Part shown: positions 57,805-64,000 of the stretch, one piece after another
How positions within the stretch are numbered: the stretch's first letter is position 1
Layout of the letters: the number at the start of each line of letters is the position of its first letter
Assembly (NCBI GenBank): GCA_937625935.1
Contig: OW569362.1
Span: 186,001 to 250,000 of the forward strand
DNA length: 64,000 bases
Source of the DNA: Tetramitus jugosus
Taxonomy: Eukaryota; Protista; Heterolobosea
Reading direction: 5' to 3'
The notes under the pieces: model-generated
What the model saw: the letters and a program-made list of their open reading frames with translations, nothing else
Told to the model about the DNA's origin: nothing
Database searches by the model: none
Position numbers and translations under genes: made by a program

Positions 57805-59316
57805 ATGCAAAAAGTCAGAAGATTTGTGCCACTGTGGCAAGGTGTCACTCGTTATCGTTCATTCATCACCACCACTCACACACAACAGCACAAACACCAA
57901 CCAAAGCTATTTTCTTCCTTCATTTCATTGCACCAACAAACTGCAACAAACATTAAATCATTGTCTGAAGATGCAAAATCTGACATGTTGGCATCGATTG
58001 ATCACGTAAAGAGAATATGGAACGATGGATCTTCAGATAAGGCCATAAAATTTGCAAAAGAAGAACTGACCACCATTCAGAGTATCATTGATGGAAAGCA
58101 GTATGTGAATGATGTGAGAGGAACGCAATTTTTGCTCTCTAATCGATTCAAATTGAATGATCAGTTGGCAAACATGTTTTTGATTACGAATCAATATGGT
58201 GAGGCACTTGAGATTTATCGTGATTTAATCAAGGCATCAGAACAAGAGTACGAATCGTTTGATAAGGATCAGAAGCGATACAATAGAGCACAGTATTTGA
58301 GAGATCGAGTTCAGTTGGTGCTGAGAGCGGCAGAGTGTTTGAGACACACAAAACAATTTGATGAATCTGTCAAGGTGCTGCTCCAGTTGTGTGATGAGGT
58401 GTCTGAAGAACCAATGCTGTTAATTTATATTAGAGAACGTCTTGGATGGTCCTATTCTCAGATTGCATCGGATGCTGCATCGAATATCATGCAAGTGAGT
58501 GACAAGGCAAAGCGATTTATGATTACGGAAGAGGCACAATCCAATTTTAGACAAGCCATTCATCATTTGGATGTCGCTGCTGCGTTGAGCAAGCAGATTG
58601 GAATCGAGGACAATTATATAGAGTTTACTTCGGACGATGTTCGATCTGTTGTTGATGTACTTTTCGCTCGAGGTCTCTGCTACAAGGATTTGGCCAGTCT
58701 TGAACCAACACGAGAGGAGAGCGATAAGCTCTACAAACTTGCAATAGCTGATTTCATCGAAGTAACAAAGAAGCAGCCAAAATATTATGCTGCCTATTTC
58801 AATTGTGCTGACTGTTGCGCAAAGATTCGAGAGCATGGTATGGCAGTTGGTTTCTATGACTTCTTCATGAACAACTTCCAAGAGTACGTGAAAGAAATGA
58901 GAGCGAGAGGAGATAATGTAACAAGAATCGAAGAATTGTACATTGAAACACGACTTAAACGAGCTGTATGTACGATCAACAACGAGGATTTTCCAATGGC
59001 ACAGGATGAATTAAAAGAATTGGTGATTCTCATTGAAGATTTATTGGGTCACCAAGAGGGCTCTCGTTTGAATCGTGATCGTCTGATCCGATATAAAGCC
59101 ATTGCTCACAACAAACTCGGTTATTGCTACTACCGGAGGTACAACTATGCCGAAGGAATTGCAGAGAACACTAAGGCTATACAGATCGATCCTACAATGA
59201 TGGAAGCGTTCAGAGATCGTTGCGAATGTTATGAATGTCTATCTTTTGAAACTGAGGCAGCAGAAGACAGAAGAATGGTAGAATATTTGAAGAGAAAGAT
59301 TGCCATGAGTCAATAA
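57805..59316 (+). CDS. TPR-repeat protein, probable mitochondrial presequence
   Basis: TPR motifs (VLFARGLCY, AYFNCADC, AHNKLGYCY..AIQIDP...AF.DR); basic N-terminus. Confidence 0.75.
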   Translation: MQKVRRFVPLWQGVTRYRSFITTTHTQQHKHQPKLFSSFISLHQQTATNIKSLSEDAKSDMLASIDHVKRIWNDGSSDKAIKFAKEELTTIQSIIDGKQYVNDVRGTQFLLSNRFKLNDQLANMFLITNQYGEALEIYRDLIKASEQEYESFDKDQKRYNRAQYLRDRVQLVLRAAECLRHTKQFDESVKVLLQLCDEVSEEPMLLIYIRERLGWSYSQIASDAASNIMQVSDKAKRFMITEEAQSNFRQAIHHLDVAAALSKQIGIEDNYIEFTSDDVRSVVDVLFARGLCYKDLASLEPTREESDKLYKLAIADFIEVTKKQPKYYAAYFNCADCCAKIREHGMAVGFYDFFMNNFQEYVKEMRARGDNVTRIEELYIETRLKRAVCTINNEDFPMAQDELKELVILIEDLLGHQEGSRLNRDRLIRYKAIAHNKLGYCYYRRYNYAEGIAENTKAIQIDPTMMEAFRDRCECYECLSFETEAAEDRRMVEYLKRKIAMSQ

Positions 59317-59322
59317 TCATCA

Positions 59323-60456
59323 TTAAATATCTTGTTGAGGAACATTCCTACGTAGTTGCAACCGTCCACATAACGATAACTCAGTTATGTACTTTGATCT
59401 CTCTCGTATCGTGTTTCTCATATCTATTCGTCTGATTCTTCGAATCTTCTTCACAATCAGTCGTGCCCTCTTTTTCAAAAGTCTGAAGCAATACTTTGCA
59501 AATAATTCTCGTTGTTCACTCTCAATCACATGACTGACGCCCTCCTTTTGAGCCCACACAGCCTTCAACTTCTTGTATCTTTGAGGAATTGTTGTGTTTG
59601 GATTAATAAATAAGAAATAATCCAACTCGGCTTCGTCTTGCTCTGTAAACTGAAATCGTTCACTCCGATCATACGTGTAGCCACCACCATACATGGATGA
59701 TCGAGAGGCCATATTGGATGTGTTGTACAACAAGACATTGCGAAGAGCAGGATTCATCTGAGTGTAGTCCAAATCTGTCAATATCCAAAAATATGGAGCA
59801 TATTTGTTCTTCAACAAGAAGGGCAACCTTGGGGGCAATCGTCTTCTCAATTCTCTAATTTGCTGCTTCTGAATCAGTATTTGCAGATTGCACTTTTCTA
59901 TGAAATCAGTCAAGTCTTGCATCAGTAACTCCTTGGCCAATTCCACCTTTTGTTCAATCATGATCACTTTTAATCTCTTCTGGAGCACGTAGGCCGGTAT
60001 TTGAGTCAAATTCTTCAACCGATAATGCATATAGTTCTTGTGCAAAAAGTCAAACGCTTGACTGATATGATTCAGATACTGTACCATGTAATTTGATGGA
60101 TCTTCACTCATCGCTCTTTGAATGTTTGAATCATCTTGTTCCTGTTGTTGTTGTTGTTTGTCGTTGTCTGTCATCACATCATCTGATGCTTGTTTCGTGA
60201 TCCGTGGAGCAAGTGGTTGTGGCACAAGTGGCTTGTTGTTGAACCATGGTATAGGCACATAGATCTGAAACATATCTTGACCTGCATTGTTCGCACTTCT
60301 TTGTGAAGGAGTTTTGTCTCTCTTGTTGAAAAAGCTTACAATCAACCACTTGATGACTGCTGAAACCAATAGAGTGACTCCTGTTAAGATCCCAGTGTAA
60401 GTAATGACATTGACCAATACGCGCCAATTCAATCTCTTTCTTAATGGATTATTCAT
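59323..60456 (-). CDS. Hypothetical protein with N-terminal TM segment
   Basis: ~377-aa ORF with hydrophobic VITYTGILTGVTLLVSAVIKWLIV; no family recognised. Confidence 0.55.
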   Translation of the reverse strand: MNNPLRKRLNWRVLVNVITYTGILTGVTLLVSAVIKWLIVSFFNKRDKTPSQRSANNAGQDMFQIYVPIPWFNNKPLVPQPLAPRITKQASDDVMTDNDKQQQQQEQDDSNIQRAMSEDPSNYMVQYLNHISQAFDFLHKNYMHYRLKNLTQIPAYVLQKRLKVIMIEQKVELAKELLMQDLTDFIEKCNLQILIQKQQIRELRRRLPPRLPFLLKNKYAPYFWILTDLDYTQMNPALRNVLLYNTSNMASRSSMYGGGYTYDRSERFQFTEQDEAELDYFLFINPNTTIPQRYKKLKAVWAQKEGVSHVIESEQRELFAKYCFRLLKKRARLIVKKIRRIRRIDMRNTIRERSKYITELSLCGRLQLRRNVPQQDI

Positions 60457-60671
60457 GACAATGATCAACACATTGTCTGTCGTGCGTTTCTTGTTCGATG
60501 TTGGAAGCTTTTACCCGCCAAGAAACAAATCTTCCGACAAGAACACCAGCAAACACAACAAAAGAAACAACTACTCCATCAACAACATCATGACATTGTC
60601 GTATCAACAACTACCGAGCGACTGTCATCAAACCACACTTCCACCACCCTCTCCTCAAAAACCACAACAAC

Positions 60672-62375
60672 ATGTTTTCTTCCTTATTCGGTCATAAACC
60701 CTCACCCATCCAAATTCAAATCGATTTACTGGGAAATCATCATCGTCAAAAACAACAAAGAGAACAGCATGAACACATTAGAATCAATGATTCTTCAACT
60801 CCTGATCAATTACCTCTATTCCTCAGTAATCAGAGCATCAGTGGTCACATTAAGCTTCGATCTCTCAAAACCATTCATCATCATGGCATTCAAATTGAGT
60901 TGATTGGAGAAATGAACATTACAAATGATCACTACACGAACAATAGTGACACAACAAAGAAGAATAAGATGGAAGAAACAACATCGTCATCATTGATCAA
61001 TCGTCGTTCAAGCAAATCCTATTTTTCTCTCTTTTCATCATCATCATCCTCAAGTGCCTCATTGAATGATGCTAGTAGTGATGATGATAAGCATACTCGT
61101 GTGGATGGTCATGGTTATACACATCAATTCACTCATAGTGTTCAAGTCGTGTCAGGCAGTGGAGTCATTCACAGTTCGGAACAACAACCAGACACTGTTC
61201 TCTTCTTTCACTTTTCACCACAGAGTTATCAAAATCATTATCAAGTGAGTAAGGATCACAGTCATGATCATGGTTATTGTTATGAGTCGTATTATGGCAA
61301 ATGGATCACGTGTCGTTACTATTTAATGGTCAAAGTATTGGATGGGAAGAGTAAGGGCAGCAGTGGCAACAGTAGAAGTGTTCGTACGGAGCAACAACGA
61401 TCGAGATCAAACAGTAATAGTTCAATAGTGAATGTGCATGATTCGAATCATGAATCATCATTTGTGAATGGAACTTCGCTAATATCCTCACAATCTTCTG
61501 CGATACTGCATCAATGCACAAGAGAGATTCTTGTGCAGTGTGTCAATGATCCGAACCATATCAATCACCTTGGCAATCATATTGGTATCGCTGAAAATAC
61601 AAGATCTGATAATGGTAGTACTACTTCTTGCAAGAAATCTGATGACAGTAAGAATAATCATGATGAGGATAAGAATAAGAATGAAGGAACGAGTGATAAC
61701 ACAGAAGAAGAAACAACTTCAAATAGAGTCATATTTCGAGGCTCATCTAGGCTACAACCGATTGCTGCACTTGGTTACAACTCTCTGTCAAATGACAAGC
61801 AAATTACACTGGAAGTCGGACTAGGAAACGACCTTCACTTTGTAATCAAATTGTACAAGATGTTTTATCATGTCAATGATGTACTGCTGGGAAAGATTGT
61901 GTTTGTTCGGAACATAATGCACTTGAAACGAATGGAAATTGGTATTATTAGAAGAGAAAGAGTGTTCCAGAGGAATGGAAATGATTTGTCGTTGTCAACA
62001 GGTGCACTCGCTCGCAGCAGTAGCAGCGCATCGTTATTCGATGAATCCAATAGTGTCTCTCATGAAGAAAACGGACCAACAACAGTCAACGATGACTCCC
62101 ACCCTCATCAGAGCACACTCACATACGAAACAAACACGGAAACATTATCAAAGTTTGAGATTATGGACGGTGATCCATGCAAGAATCAAATGGTGCCAAT
62201 TCGGTTGTACTTGGCTGGCATACCACATTTGACTCCGTCCTATGCAGTGAAAAATATGTTTGATGTGTCATACTTTGTGAACGTTTGTTTAATCGATTCA
62301 CACGATAGACGATTGTTCAAGCAACAAGAGATTTACGTGTACAGAAAGGAGTGGCCCAATTGGCGCCATCGATAA
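60672..62375 (+). CDS. VPS26: Retromer subunit VPS26-like (A/B type) with long low-complexity insertions
   Basis: HHGI.IELIG, YESY.G...RY.L.V, LEVG....LH, GKI.F, EIMDG.P....VPIRL.L, LTP.Y and D...RR.FKQQEI..YR. Confidence 0.85.
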   Translation: MFSSLFGHKPSPIQIQIDLLGNHHRQKQQREQHEHIRINDSSTPDQLPLFLSNQSISGHIKLRSLKTIHHHGIQIELIGEMNITNDHYTNNSDTTKKNKMEETTSSSLINRRSSKSYFSLFSSSSSSSASLNDASSDDDKHTRVDGHGYTHQFTHSVQVVSGSGVIHSSEQQPDTVLFFHFSPQSYQNHYQVSKDHSHDHGYCYESYYGKWITCRYYLMVKVLDGKSKGSSGNSRSVRTEQQRSRSNSNSSIVNVHDSNHESSFVNGTSLISSQSSAILHQCTREILVQCVNDPNHINHLGNHIGIAENTRSDNGSTTSCKKSDDSKNNHDEDKNKNEGTSDNTEEETTSNRVIFRGSSRLQPIAALGYNSLSNDKQITLEVGLGNDLHFVIKLYKMFYHVNDVLLGKIVFVRNIMHLKRMEIGIIRRERVFQRNGNDLSLSTGALARSSSSASLFDESNSVSHEENGPTTVNDDSHPHQSTLTYETNTETLSKFEIMDGDPCKNQMVPIRLYLAGIPHLTPSYAVKNMFDVSYFVNVCLIDSHDRRLFKQQEIYVYRKEWPNWRHR

Positions 62376-62506
62376 ATCACACATGCATTGTTTGTATTGA
62401 ATACACTATTTACCCTATTTCTATTATACAATTCACGTATCACTTTTACACTTATTTTACAACTAATCTACACAGTGGGAGTCACGAACACCATAACGTT
62501 TCATTA

Positions 62507-62866
62507 TCAACCAGAGAAGTCAATGATGGTGTCCTTGTCATCAAAGTGACCCTCCTCGTCAATTGCTTGGTGCAATGGGCCAGTGGTTGCATCTTCCATG
62601 TGGTGATGTTGCTGGCGATCCAAGGATGTGCCTTGGAGCTCTTCTCTGATGTGTTCAATCTCACCTGGATGTGCACCCAACTCAATGCTCTTATTCTCCT
62701 TTTCCATTGTTCCAAGTGTGTCCTTGTCATTATTCAGGTGGAGTTCAGTGCTGGATAAATGATCTCTCTGACCCAGATGTAGTCTGGGAGTAACTGAGAA
62801 TGCCCTGTAGGAGCACGATCGGGTGAGAGGTCTCATCAATACATTGATTCTTGTCAACATGGTCAT
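62507..62866 (-). CDS. Small acidic protein with mitochondrial presequence-like N-terminus
   Basis: MTMLTRINVLMRPLTRSCSYRAFSVTPRL followed by an H/E/D-rich body; ends TGA TAA TGA. Confidence 0.55.
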   Translation of the reverse strand: MTMLTRINVLMRPLTRSCSYRAFSVTPRLHLGQRDHLSSTELHLNNDKDTLGTMEKENKSIELGAHPGEIEHIREELQGTSLDRQQHHHMEDATTGPLHQAIDEEGHFDDKDTIIDFSG

Positions 62867-62940
62867 TCTCTAAATATTGTTTCAAAGTACTTGATCAAGA
62901 AGCGTTTTTCATGAGATCATGCGAAGAATTTATGAGAACT

Positions 62941-63101
62941 GCCTGATCGGTCAACCACGAAGCAATAAAAAGGAGTTCTTCGGTGGCTATTCTCGTACTA
63001 TTGTCCGACTGTCGGTGTGTAACGTGTGTCAGTCAATTTCAATAGGACGTTCCCTTGCCATATTTGAGAATTTTCGTGTGGAACATTTGTCCTGATCAGG
63101 C
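62941..63101 (+). ncRNA. Candidate four-way-junction structured RNA
   Basis: Closing stem GCCTGATC/GATCAGGC enclosing three hairpins in a long intergenic gap. Confidence 0.3.
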
Positions 63102-63502
63102 GAAGACAAGTATTGGAAATCTGGAGTCAATGAATCAAAAACATCGTTTCACCTCTTAAGAGAAAACCAATTCTCATGCCTCGACCGTAACACCATTTGT
63201 TGCACCACTTGGATATCCACCAATAGAACCTTGTCAAAAACACGCAAACAACAGCAACCACCACAGCAACATCCTCACTGAGTTTTACACTAACAACTTC
63301 TTGTGAATCTCAAAAGCTAAAAGACACATATCTTCCTGTTCATCCAAAACACGTGTAAACACAACACACGCCATCCCTGGCCTTCAAGAGAAAAAATAGG
63401 ACGCTGTCTATTTTTTTTGGTTGCAGCAACGACATACACCTCATACAACATAATATTGACATCTTATAAGATTTCAAAGTCAATTGTGTTCCAAGAAAAA
63501 AG

Positions 63503-64000
63503 ATGTCTCATCAGCATCATCATCACCACCACCACCACCAACATTCAATTTTAACCATGAGCTCTTCATCTCCCTTGTCCAAGGTAGGTAAGTCATCGTC
63601 TTCCTCTACGACTACGATAACTTCAAATAACCACAGTAGCACCACTAGCACGAGCAGCAGCAACAATCGTAACTCTTCCTCCTCGTCTTCTTCATCATCT
63701 CACAATGTGTTTCAATGTGAATTTAACATTGATAAGAAGCTGGAGGAGTTTGCTTATTTGGCCTGCGATATTACCAACTGTGCCAGTAGTTTCCTATTCA
63801 CGGTTGATCACTCGAACTCTAATCAAAAAAGAACGATTAGGGCCATGTGTGGTGTCGAAGTCAACTCTGTGATGCAAGAAATTGCCTTGTTCCCTGTGCC
63901 TCTCATTGATGACAATGAACACTCTGCACCCAATCACAATTTAACTGACTTGGAGCACTTGTATAGTAGCTTTGAGAGCTCTAGTCATCGGACTGATTCA
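63503..64000 (+). CDS. 5' part of a protein with poly-H/S N-terminus and possible GAF-like domain, running off the window
   Basis: Open frame from ATG 63503 to the window end; KLEEFAYLACDITNCASSFLFTVD resembles the start of a GAF domain. Confidence 0.55.
   Translation, partial: MSHQHHHHHHHHQHSILTMSSSSPLSKVGKSSSSSTTTITSNNHSSTTSTSSSNNRNSSSSSSSSSHNVFQCEFNIDKKLEEFAYLACDITNCASSFLFTVDHSNSNQKRTIRAMCGVEVNSVMQEIALFPVPLIDDNEHSAPNHNLTDLEHLYSSFESSSHRTDS

Noticed and set aside
63087-63109. TTGTC-CTGATCAGGCGAA-GACAA as a hammerhead ribozyme core
   Set aside because: It lacks CUGANGA, GAAA and stems II/III.
63090-63115. Minus-strand ATACTT start as U1 snRNA
   Set aside because: It continues GTCTT rather than ACCTG, so it cannot pair with the GTAWGT donors, and there are no U1 loop motifs.
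1-64000. CRISPR arrays, transposases, tRNA/rRNA genes, alternative genetic code
   Set aside because: None were seen; the ORF breaks examined are explained by GT-AG introns under the standard code.

Overview
Eukaryotic, very gene-dense nuclear DNA from a protist with flagellar genes. About 34 protein genes lie on both strands with intergenic gaps often under 150 bp. Introns are short and spliceosomal (GTATG/GTAAG...AG, often with a CTAAC/CTGAT-type branch point), and many proteins carry poly-N/Q/S/H/T tracts. The overall style suggests a Discoba/heterolobosean-like amoeboflagellate, but this is inference only. Recognisable genes: IQCH, two RhoGAPs, kinesin-8, ADP-ribosylarginine hydrolase, a mitochondrial carrier, CFAP99, a DHHC palmitoyltransferase, RIF1, NXF1/Mex67, a receptor-like TKL kinase, a WW-ankyrin-PH protein, OFCC1-like, Tom7, a TruA/Pus1-family pseudouridine synthase, PWP1, a PPR protein, ECH1, an HMA metallochaperone, glucosidase II beta, QNG1, an NCA1-like RING-TPR protein, an F-box protein, a ricin-B-like repeat protein and VPS26. 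The most striking item is a spliced gene (54819-57712, minus) that appears to fuse a NELF-A C-terminal-like domain and a possible RRM to a Maelstrom (ECHC-type) domain. Also notable are two architectures usually described from plants (NCA1 catalase chaperone; HMA+CaaX HIPP-like), a possible 21-nt micro-intron, and two intergenic multi-hairpin ncRNA candidates. All family assignments are from motif recognition by eye, not from database searches.
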